DNA of 64,000 nt from Lama guanicoe (Eukaryota). Positions 11,953 to 21,990 of the stretch are shown piece after piece (the first letter of the stretch is position 1; every line of letters starts with the position of its first letter). The stretch is from the NCBI GenBank assembly GCA_013239625.1, contig MU053588.1, forward strand, positions 893,988 to 957,987, in the 5' to 3' direction. The notes beneath the pieces were generated by a model. It saw only the letters and a program-made list of their open reading frames with translations, did not search any database and was not told the origin of the DNA. A program made the position numbers and the translations under genes.

Positions 11953-14900
11953 CTGAGGACAGAGAGGGGGCATTGAGAACAAGAGGAGGGGCGGGCATTC
12001 CCTGCCCAGCCCAGCCCTTTGGACCTGGGCCCCTCTTTCTCCCACTTCCTGATCAATGAGAAGGGGTGGAGGTGGAGTTAAGGAGGGGTAGAGGCTGCAG
12101 ATGGAGAAGGATGCAAGGTGGGGAGAGAAAGAGACAGAGACCAGAGACAGGGAGACAGAGATGGAGAGAGAAAGAGACTGAGATATGGATGCAGGGACAG
12201 AGAGAAACAGAGAGAGATGCAGAGAAAGAGAGACAGAGGGAGAGACAAAGGAATAGAGAAAGAAACAGAGCCATAGAGAGACATTGAGACATATCTTAGG
12301 CTAAGAGATCACCAGGAAGGTCCCTGGGGACAGAGGCCTGAGCTGGCTCCAGGGCAGACAGACACACAGTGACGTTTGTCCGATAGGCAGCCCAGAGCTG
12401 GTTAGAGAAACATGAATATTTTTCCCTTTTAAAGCAGAGAAGGAAGTGGGAGGGGCTGGGCCGCTGAGCTTCAGAGCCTGAAAGGATGGAGGGCCCCCGG
12501 AGAGGTGGGGAGGGGAGCCCCAGGGTGGTGGAGGCTGAGCCGGCCGACAGAGCACAGCACAGACAGAAATAGGAGACAGATGGGGGAGCGTCTCAGCAGG
12601 GAGGAGATAATGGAGTCCCCGTGGCAGATGGAGAGAGAGGACAGGAGTGATGAAGACAAAAGACACCACTGGAGATGGGGAAAGGGCTGTGAATGAGACA
12701 GGGCTCCCCAGAGTTCCCTCTGCAGGTCCTGGGCACCGCCAGTCTGCCCTCCTCCCCGGAGACCACCCCCCCCCACCCCAATCAGGATCCAGAGGGCAGA
12801 AGAGGGCCTGTGATGGGGGATGGAAAACTCACCTCTGTGGGGTTCAAGCACGACTTTAGGAGTCCCTAAAGATCCCCCGCAAAAAAAAAAAAAGAGAAGA
12901 AAAGAAAATAGTAAATGACTAACATCTAGGCCCTTCCAGCCCCTTCCTTTTCTCAAAAAAGCCCCACAGCAGCAAGACAAAATGGAAGTCAGACTCCAGG
13001 TGGACTTCCCATGTGGCTTCAAGGGAGGAACAAGGCTTGAGGGTCTTATAGAGCAACTGGGGGCAGGGTTGAGTCAAGAAACTCAGCACCAGGACCAGCG
13101 CTAGATCCAGAGAGGGCCAGAAGGTCACACAGCGTTTCCTGCCTCTGGGAGAGCACAGGCCTAAAGAGCAAGGACACTGCATCCAGACCACCTGGCTTGG
13201 ACTCCCAGTTGTGCTCTCTCTGAGCTGTGTGACCCTAAGCCAGAGACTAAATCTCTCTGGGCCCCATCTTCCTTATCTGGAAAATGGAGATAATAGCAGT
13301 AACAATGAAACGGAGATAATAAACCCTTCTAGGGTTTTGTGAGGATTAAATGAGTTAATAAGTGTAAAGCAATTGAAACAGTGCCTGGCACATAGGACGT
13401 GCTAGATGAACACATTAACCGTGGATGTGATTTTTAGGGAGGTGCAGGGGAGAGGGCTGGGGGTGGCTTTCCCTTCCACCTACTTGGATTTTCCGGCTTC
13501 TCTCCTCTTCACTCTCTAGTTCCAACAGTTCATCGATGTTGACCTCATCAGGCATATCTGCCTCCTAAGGCCAGGAGGGAAGGGTAGTCAGGGTCCCTCT
13601 CCCCTCCCTTCCCCGCCTTTGTCCAGGGCTCTGAAGGAGCCCCGGGGGCCCCAGGGCCCAGCTGGCAGGTTCTGGAGCAATAATGTGGCAGTCAGGGACA
13701 GCACCACCAAGGCGGGACATCTGGGTGTTGGGGGGAGGGATGACAGATGGGTTGACAGAGGCCCGGGAGCCGGTACCAGCTGGGATGCTGGCCTCTGGGC
13801 CTTAGGAGCCTCAGATGCTGGCACAGGTCTCTCCTCTTGGCCTCAGTTCCCACAACGGGAAACAGGCCTGGTCGAGTGTTGGAATGTCTGATTCTGGGAT
13901 TCAGGAGAGGGGCTGGCTCTGCCCTTTCAAGGGAAAATTTAAGCACTAGGTGCAGGGGAGGGGAGCTGGCAGGCCAGAGCCTGCTAGGGGTGGCCCTTTA
14001 CCCCAGGGGACGGGGAGGGAGGGGCGTGCTTGGGCTAGCCCCCAGTGCCAAAGTGCCACCCTTATGAGTCCAGGAGGCCCTACAAGGTGGGTAGGTGGGT
14101 GGGAAAAGCCATGAACCCAGCTCTCAGCAGCCAAGACGGGGGACCCTTGTATGGCTTCTTGGGGCAAAGGGCCAAATACTGGCTGGCTTAGTACCCCTGT
14201 AGGGGACAGAACCCAGCTGTCTGAGCAAGAGATCCCAGAGACCATTGATTTTTTTGCCTCCCCTACCCAAAGTCCTGCTGACTCTGCTGTGGACTTCAGG
14301 ACTGGGTGGTCCGGGGATTGTGTATGGAGACAGGGCTCTGGAGTGTCCATAAGTGTGTTACCCGCCTGTGTGAGTCTCTGGGTGTGAGCCAGAGCCTGAT
14401 GCCAAGATGCCAGCATCGGCACGAGGGTACCGAGGGACGTGACATTGTGTGCGACTTATACAGGGACTACCGTCCTATGGCTTAGCTGTGTTTGCCTTAC
14501 CGCCATGTGTCATTGTATCCTACGTTCATCAGTAAGTGACCACAGGGTCACTTGGGTCCTGGAGAGCCTGGTGAGCTATAGTGCCCGCTATCTGAGGATG
14601 ACATCATAGGAAGCCACCTACAACTAGCAACTGCCCTCTGTGTGAGGCCACTCAGAAAATGAGTCTGAGAACAGAGGGCCCTCATGTCATCGCGAGGGGC
14701 CCAGGCTTCCTCCTGCTTCGTGCTGTGCTGACAAGGCTCTGTGGTCCCGTGTGTCTGTGCACTGATACCCGTGACTGTGTTCTGCACATGGGTGTGTTGT
14801 ACAAAGTGTGACTTCGAGCAGAGACTCAAGAGAAAGGTCATGTCTGTCTGTCAATTATGAGACAACACAGAAGGCTGTAGCTTATGCTTCTGTGTGTCCT

Positions 14901-15984
14901 CGGGCAGCTGCAGTGTCTGCCACTGTACGTCGGTGATGCCCGTAGCTTACGCGGTTTTCTGTCTGGGTGTAGCTATAATTTCTGTTATTTTATGTCTGTG
15001 CGTGGCTGCAGCATCTGTCATTGCGTTTACACGTGATTATCGTTTTTGCTTTTGGGAGATAATGGATGGTCGTTACTTGAATCATGGGGTGTCGGGGTAG
15101 CTGTCCTAGCTTGTACCGTCTGAGTCGCTACAGCTGGTGCTGTGTGTGTCTATAGCTCCAGAATGGCTGTAGCTGGAGGCCTTTTATATGGGTGCCGTCG
15201 CTGTGTTGGGTCTGCATTTGGCTGTGGTCTGTGCTATTGTGGCGGTGAGAGCCTGTGTCTGTAGCATATGTTGATCTGTAAGTGACCACAGCTTGTGTCC
15301 TGGAGAACCTGTGTGTGGCTGTTGCTTCTGTCACTGTCTGTGAGGGGCCATAGCTGGTCACTGTGCACGTCTGTGAATGCTGATGCTTCCTTTGCTGTGT
15401 GGCTCCATGTGATTGTATCTTCCCTGTCACCGTGTCTATGTTTGGCTTTAAGACATCCTCCTCCCCGCCCACCCCCACCCCCGTCCTTTCTCCAGATATG
15501 GCCACTCTAGCTCCCTAACTTTGCCTGCTCACCTCCCATATGCTAAAACCCTGGCCCTCTCCTGATGTTTGGACCCAAGCGTGCGTCTCTGTGTGTGCAG
15601 AGTGCCATGGAAGGTGGACGGCGGGGCCTATGAGTCCCAGGGTGTGCGTTCTGCGCAAACGAAGCTGCGCGTGCAGCAGCGAGCACAAGCAACCAGAGAC
15701 CCCCACCCAGGCGTAGGGAGTTGGGACCCGGGGTCTGTGGGTCCGGGACTCCCCCCTGCGCCCCCCACCCCTCCTCGCCTCACCCTGCCGCGGTACAGCT
15801 CTTCCAAGCGCCCGTCGATCCACTTCTCCACGTCCAGCCGCCGCTGCAGCTCCCGCCGATCATACTTGACGGTGACACGCGCGTGTCGCTTCTGCAGACC
15901 CCCGGGGCTACCCCCAGGCCCGCGGGCCCGCGATGGAGACTGCAGCTTGCTCAGCACGCGCTTGCCCAGCCGCTGAGCTGCCAT
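11824..15984 (-). CDS. PPP1R14A: Protein phosphatase 1 regulatory inhibitor subunit 14A (CPI-17); join(complement 15784..15984, 13484..13564, 12833..12865, 11824..11952), 147 aa
   Basis: Exons of 201+81+33+129 nt = 444 nt, all GT-AG and phase 0. Protein MAAQRLGKRVLSKLQSPSRARGPGGSPGGLQKRHARVTVKYDRRELQRRLDVEKWIDGRLEELYRGR/EADMPDEVNIDELLELESEEERSRKIQ/GLLKSCLNPTE/DFVQELL...ARTAPP*. The ARVT38VKY phospho-motif is intact. Confidence 0.98.
12100..12290. repeat. GA-rich low-complexity tract in PPP1R14A intron 3
   Basis: GAGA/GACA repeats. Confidence 0.85.
12833..12865 (-). CDS. PPP1R14A: PPP1R14A exon 3 (33 nt)
   Basis: tttag|GGA...GAG|gtgagt; GLLKSCLNPTE; upstream poly-T tract. Confidence 0.94.
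13190..13410. mobile_element. MIR in PPP1R14A intron 2
   Basis: GCTGTGTGACC...TGTGAGGATTAAATGAGTTAAT...AGTGCCTGGCACATAG. Confidence 0.75.
13484..13564 (-). CDS. PPP1R14A: PPP1R14A exon 2
   Basis: ttag|GAG...CAA|gtaggt; EADMPDEVNIDELLELESEEERSRKIQ. Confidence 0.96.
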
Positions 15985-16340
15985 CGCGGTCCTGGCTCCG
16001 GCCCCGGCGCAGCGCTGTGCGCTTTCGCCTCGCGCCCGGGGGACCTCTTACGGGCCGGGGCGGGGCCGGCCGGGGGCGGGGGCTCAGGCTCGCCGGGGGG
16101 CCGGCCCCGCCCCAGCCCCCCGGGGCCTCAGTTTCCCCGCCTGCAGCGCCAGGACTGGTCGCGGCCGCGCGCTCCGGGGTGAAGCCCGCGGCGGTGCCTG
16201 GCCTAGGTATGGGCGGGGTCCCGGAGCCCCGGGCCGGGGCCCGGCGGCTGGGGCTCCTGGGTCCTGGATCCCGCGGGGCGGGTCCCAGGATGGGCTCTCG
16301 GGGACCCGGCCTGTCTGCGCCCTCTGGCGGTTGCAAGGGA
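15600..16340. promoter_or_regulatory. CpG island / PPP1R14A promoter with GC boxes
   Basis: Very CpG-dense; GGGGCGGGG Sp1-type boxes at about 16057-16082 and CCCCGCCCC at about 16105-16113, upstream of the ATG. Confidence 0.85.
15784..15984 (-). CDS. PPP1R14A: PPP1R14A coding exon 1
   Basis: ATG at 15984; donor AGG|gtgagg; 67 codons including Thr38. Confidence 0.97.
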
Positions 16341-16904
16341 CTGTGCAGGAGCCCCTGTGTTAACCTATTCTCTTTTCAAGGGAAGATCAAGCCAGAGTAC
16401 CCACAGCACATCATTATTTCGTTTTTTCATTTATTCACTCATCCATGCATCCATTCGCTCATATCCACACACTCTATTCAACAAATATTCATTTGCTGTC
16501 ATAACGTCTGAGATTTTAAGCCCCATCTATCTCCCTCTTTCTCGCTCGCTCTCAGACTCCTCATGCCAGATAGTATCCAGGGGTCCTCTCCCTCTCTGGT
16601 CATTTCCAGTCTCCCCCTCCCCAACTCCCCTAGGCAATGGGGATAGATCAGTGAACAAAACAGACCAGTCCTCATGAAGTTGGCATTCTTGTGGTGGAGA
16701 CAAGCAGTAACGTAAGTAAGTATAGCATATTACAGTTTATTAGAAGACGATCAGTTCTATGGAGAAATATGAAGCAGAGAAAGAGAAATGGATTGAGGGT
16801 GGGGTTGCAATTTTAGCGAGAACAATTTAGCGAGAGCAAGAATTAATTTAAAACTTTAAAACTTCTATTTGGCCCTGTCCTTCCCCTGCTTAAGACTATC
16901 CATA

Positions 16905-17535
16905 ATTAGGCAATGTTTTCTTAGATATGATACCAAAAGCAAAGCAAGAAAAGAAAAAAATAGATAAATTGGACACCATCAAAATTTTGAACTTTTGTGT
17001 TTCAAAGAACATCATCAAGAAAGTGGAGAGACACAACATTGTAAAATGACTGTAACTCAATAAAAAATGTTTAAAAAAAAAGAAAGTGAAGAGACAACCC
17101 ACAGAATGAGAGAAAAAATTGCAAATCATGTATCTGAGTAGGTACTTGTATTTAAAATAAAGAAGTCATGGAATTCAATAGTAATAAGATGACCCAATTA
17201 AAAAATAGACAAAGGATCTGAAAAGACATTTATCTAAAAAAGACATACAAAAGCCAATAAGCACATGAAAAGATGCTCAAAATCATGTGGAAAATGCAAA
17301 GCAAAACGGCAATGAGACAACACTTCACACAGTAGGTTGGCCATAATTTTCTCAAAATGGAAACTACCAAGTGTTGGCAAGGATGTGGAGGAATCAAAAC
17401 CCTTATGATGGGGATGTAAAATGGAACAGCTATTTTGGAAAACAGCCTGGCAGTTCCTTAAAAGTTTAAACTTAGAGTTACCATACGATCCAGCAACTCC
17501 ATTCTTAGGTATATGCCAGAGAATTGAAAACATGC
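16905..17535 (+). mobile_element. Old L1 ORF2 3' relic containing a tiny younger L1 insertion (17034-17079)
   Basis: GCCAATAAGCACATGAAAAGATGCTCA, GTGTTGGCAAGGATGTGGAG, CCATACGATCCAGCAACTCCA motifs. Confidence 0.8.
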
Positions 17536-18099
17536 CAGGCACAGTCCCATCCTAGCACCTTTGCACTAGCTGTTCCCTCTCTCAGGAAAGCTCTTCCCTA
17601 GAATGACATCAACAGGGTTCACGTCTTCTCCCTGAGATGTCACCTGTGCTGTGAGGGCTCCTCTGACCATCCTATTTCATACTGCAACTCCCATACTCCT
17701 TACCTGGCTCTATGTTTTATCCATAACACTCACTGCCTTTTAACATTGTATATAATTTACTCATTTTATTTATTGTCTGTTTTCCAAGTAGTGGTATACT
17801 AAAGGGAGGGAAATAGGGGTGGTCCACCTTGGGTATAGGCAAAATGGGGTGCACTGTCTGTAGAGAACTTTAAAATAATAATAAAACTGACCCAAAGTTG
17901 GCCAAGTTTTTATTATAGCATATGCACTGACAAATTCAAAACCATATCAGCGATAAAAATAATCCTCCCACCCCCAGGAAACAATCATTTGTTGGTGTAC
18001 TTACTGAACAATTGATGCAATACTGTTGAGTTTTAATAATATATATGTAAGCTTCAAATTAAATATTTTTATTACTGTCTCCTCTATTAAAAATTGTAT

Positions 18100-18645
18100 G
18101 TGTATTAGTTTTCTCTTACTGTGTAATTAATTACCACCAACTTAGTGGCTTAAAATAACACACATTTCTTATTTCAAAGTTTCTGTGGATCCAGTCTAGT
18201 CATGGCTTAGCTGGGCCCTCTGCTCCAGGGCCTCACCAGACTGCAATTCAGGTGTCAGTCAGGGCTGTCATCTCATCAGAGGCTCGACTGGGGAAAGATC
18301 TGCTTCCATTTGCTTGCGGTTGTAGGGATAAGGTCTTCATTTTCTTGCTGGCTATTAGTGGGGTTTGCTGTCGGCTCCTAGGGGCCACCTACAATTCCTT
18401 GCCATGTGGCCTTCTCCATAGATTCTTTGACAAATGTGATGGCTCATATCTTCCAAAGCCAGCAATGGAAAGTGTCTCTCTTTCCAGTTCCACAAAGACA
18501 GAGTTTCATATAATATCATGTAAACACAAACCTCCTTTGCCATTTTCTATTGGTTAGAAGCAAGTTCCAGGTCCTGCTCCCACTTGAAGGGAAGGGATTA
18601 TACAGGCCATAAACATGGTAGCTGTCCAATATCTGTTTGCCACAA
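18100..18645. mobile_element. MLT1-type LTR
   Basis: TTACCACCAACTTAGTGGCTTAAAATAACACACATTT signature. Confidence 0.65.
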
Positions 18646-19171
18646 TATTCTATAGGGAAGTTAATATAGGGAACTCCCAAATATACGGTTGACCTCTGTC
18701 CTATGAAGACTCAGCTATGTGTGTTCATTCTGAAAATAAGTTCATAACAATTTGGAATCATTTGGGCTTGTGTCAGGCACAGTTTGAGTCTCCAATGTCT
18801 GTGATTCAACATATTCTTGCATCTAAATAATAGATTAGAAATTAAAATTATAGCACAATGATTATAAAGATGAAGAAATTATTCTGTCATTCTACATGTT
18901 TTTGGGAGTTTTTGTGTTTAAAATTTTAAACAGTGAATCAGGGTATGAACTCGGAGGTATAATATTTTTATTTGTTAAGTACAAATTTTCATTCCTACAT
19001 GAAATATTTTACTGAATTTGAGTAATATCTTTAAAATGGAAATTTATTCATTTTCAATTATTAATTTTAAAGTGAAAGCACAAATAACATAATGATTCTT
19101 ACATGATTATTATTAAAAATAATTTTTTGGTAGACAGGAGGAGGTATAAAAATATTATCCACCGCAGGTGT

Positions 19172-19848
19172 TGTTACTGAACGTGCAAAGCCAATTTACT
19201 GACAAGGGCTTGTGGTAAAGGAAAGCATAGTGTTTATTTGCAGGGTGCCCAGCAAGGATAATGAGCAGCTCATGCTCAAAAGACTTGAAATCTCCGATGG
19301 CTTTCAGGAAAGGGATTTTAAGGGCCACATTTGGGGTGAGGCTTGCAGCACATGGACCTTTCTCTGATTGGTTGGGGTGGTGATGTTTTGAGAATCTTAA
19401 TCATCAACCTTCTGGGGTCTACTTGCTTGTGGTCAGCATGTAATTGCCATCCTCCACCTGGACGGGGTCTTAGTTTCTGCAGAACAACTGAAAGATACGT
19501 GTCAGATTTTTATGCATACCCCTTGAGGGGGAACGTCTGACTCTTTTTATCACTGAACTATTGTTTCTTGCCTGTTTCCATTGTTTCTGCATTCCCAAAC
19601 GTCCCTAATTAGTAACTGCTTAAGATCTTTAGAACTCAGGGAAGGCCTTGGAGCCTTTGTCTACAAACAATAAACAGAGGACTTTTGGACCTGGGAGGGC
19701 CCTACAGAGTCCTGCTCAGTTTCAGCCCTGCCTTTTCTTTGATGCTCTTCTGTCCTGAGGGAAACAGGGGCGGGACAAGAAAGGGAATAAAGTTTTGGAT
19801 AGAGAGGTTAATCATAAACATGAACTCGGTTTAGGGGGCTTGGTTTCA
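19172..19848 (-). mobile_element. ERV1-class solo LTR
   Basis: TG...CA termini, 4-bp TSD GTGT (19168-19171 / 19849-19852), AATAAA on the minus strand at about 19233. Confidence 0.75.
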
Positions 19849-21169
19849 GTGTCAGATATGCTAGATTCCTCACTGTTCTCAACACTAGAAAGTGAGTTTC
19901 AACAGGCCAGGAATTTTGCTTTGTTCACTGTTGTATCTTCTCCAGCATTGACAACAGTACTTGGCTCACAGTGGGTGCTCAAAGAATGTGCGGAATGAAC
20001 GAACAGATGTGTGAATGAATCAACAGGCCTGTGCCTCCTCACCAGCCTCAGCTCTCACTGCAGTTCTGTTTTTCAGCTCAAGCCTGGGTTTTAGTGGGAT
20101 GGGGTAGGGGTATGGGGTTCAGGTGCTGAAGAGAACTCCGGCCTCACATTTCAGACTCTTGAGTCCCAGGTCCTCAATGCAAGATTAAAGAAGATGGTGG
20201 GAATAAAACTTTGTTTAAGGTAAACACCATTCTGATAACCCAGTTAAGGCTCTTCACATATTAGTAGGTCAAGAGGGAGTCTGAGTAGCGGGGGTGGCCC
20301 TGGCTCCAATAATGCACTGATGTCTTTCTTGCTTCAGGACTTCTGCATTTGTTGTTTGTTTGGAATGTCTGTCCTTCAGCCCTATTTATCCTTCAGGGTT
20401 CATTATCAAAACCACCTCCCCCACCTCCCAGTCCTCTGTTATTTTCCATCCCAGCCCCCAATCCATTTGCTTCATAGCATTGTTGGGTATTTTCAATAAT
20501 ACTGCACTTAAGTCATCCTGTTGGTCATCCTCTGTTTTTATGCCTGCCCTAATGCACCCCTCTTTCGGGATTCAGCTCATACATCCCTCTTTCAGGAAGC
20601 CTGCCCTGGCCCCCAATCTGCTGAGATGCCTCCTCTGGGTTTCACTCCTTTCAGGCCTGATTACTCTACATGTGCTTCCCCATCACAGCCCTGACATCTA
20701 TTCTTGCCTGGTGAAGTATTTGTCTTCACCTCAGGACTGGGAACCGTGGACGCAGGATGTGGGGCTCTTGCTCATTCATGGCTCTATTACCTTCTCTGGC
20801 AAGCCCTCTATGAACCTCTCTCAGGCTGAATGGGGAACTTATCTGGGCTCCCAGGTCTTGCACCACCCCAGCCCCTGATCACTCAGACTGTGCTTCCTAC
20901 ATCACATCCCTAATCACTCTGCCCTATGCTTCTGTCATCACTACTCTGGTCGGTTTCTGTCTGGTGACGCAGGGACTGCTCTGGCGTGGTCACCCCTGGA
21001 TTTCCTGCAACACTCCGAGTAGGCGCTCAGTGAACGCTGAATTTAGGAACGAATCCCTGGCCCTCAACGGAAGGCTGAGGCGAGGCAGGCAAAAACCACA
21101 AGTTTCCAATAAGAGCACGACTGCGTCCTCTTCTCTCACCCTGAGGCCCAGTCCACGCTCGAAGGTGCT

Positions 21170-21990
21170 CGTACCTAGTGATCTATCTCCAAGGCAAGGG
21201 CATCAGGAGCCCCGGGACTCAGCGGGAGAGCGCCTCCTCCCGGGCTAAAGTCCTACCCGGAGCGGAGCCAACGCAAGCCCCGCCCCCTTCCCCCAGCGCC
21301 AAGGGCGGGCCCAGGTGCGCTCTGGGAGGAGGAGGGCCGCTCAGGTGCCTGCTCCCTGCGCCTGCGCTCTACACACCCCGCCTCGCCAGGTGCGCCCCGC
21401 CCCCTCCCTGGCATCCACCTTCGGTAGCTGCTTCCCGGCGGCCGCCATTGCCTCAAGCGCCCGCCAAGCGTTTGTGGGTGTAGCTGGGTTCTGAACTGGG
21501 GGAGAGTCGGGGGCGAGCGAGGAACGGACTGAAGCATCGTGGGCAAAAGAGGCAGGGTGACCGCACACCTAAGGTCCGAGAAAGGGGCTTCCCGGGCACC
21601 TGCTGTGTGGCGAGAGCCAGCGCAGCACCCCGCGGACCCTTCTGCGAACGCCCGCACCTGAGCGCGAGGCGCTCCCGTGCGCGTGCGCGGGAAGGGTCTT
21701 CCCGCACCTGATCGCGAGACCCCAACGGCTGGCAGCTCGCGGCCTTGCCTGGGTGGCCGGGTGGAGCTCGTCATGGCGCAGCTGTGTGGGCCGAAGCGGT
21801 GCTGGGCTCTCCTCGCCCTGCTGGCATCGCTGCTCCTCTCTGGGGCTGAGGCGGCCGATGGAGAACGTGGCGTCCACGGTGAGGTTCGGGGCGGGTCTCC
21901 CGGGAGGAGTGGAGGGCCGAGAGGCCGAAGGAGGGGCGTTAGGGGCAGAGTTGGGGGTGTAAGTTGGGGTCCGTGGGGGCCTGGGCACGG
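21170..21990. promoter_or_regulatory. CpG island / SPINT2 promoter
   Basis: CpG-dense, multiple CCCCGCCCC/GGGCGG boxes, spans the 5' UTR and exon 1. Confidence 0.85.
21773..21878 (+). CDS. SPINT2: SPINT2 exon 1 (signal peptide)
   Basis: gtcATGG start; [35 protein letters not shown]; donor CACG|gtgagg. Confidence 0.96.

Noticed and set aside
12053..13022. Leu/Ser- or Arg/Glu-rich ORFs up to 183 aa
   Set aside because: Produced by GA/TC low-complexity intronic sequence
16045..16054. Possible CArG box in the smooth-muscle gene promoter (CCTCTTACGG)
   Set aside because: Two mismatches to CC(A/T)6GG
15569..16511. Long overlapping ORFs (135-192 aa) around the PPP1R14A start
   Set aside because: Stop-poor GC-rich CpG island; Pro/Gly/Arg-biased with no recognisable domain; shadow frames
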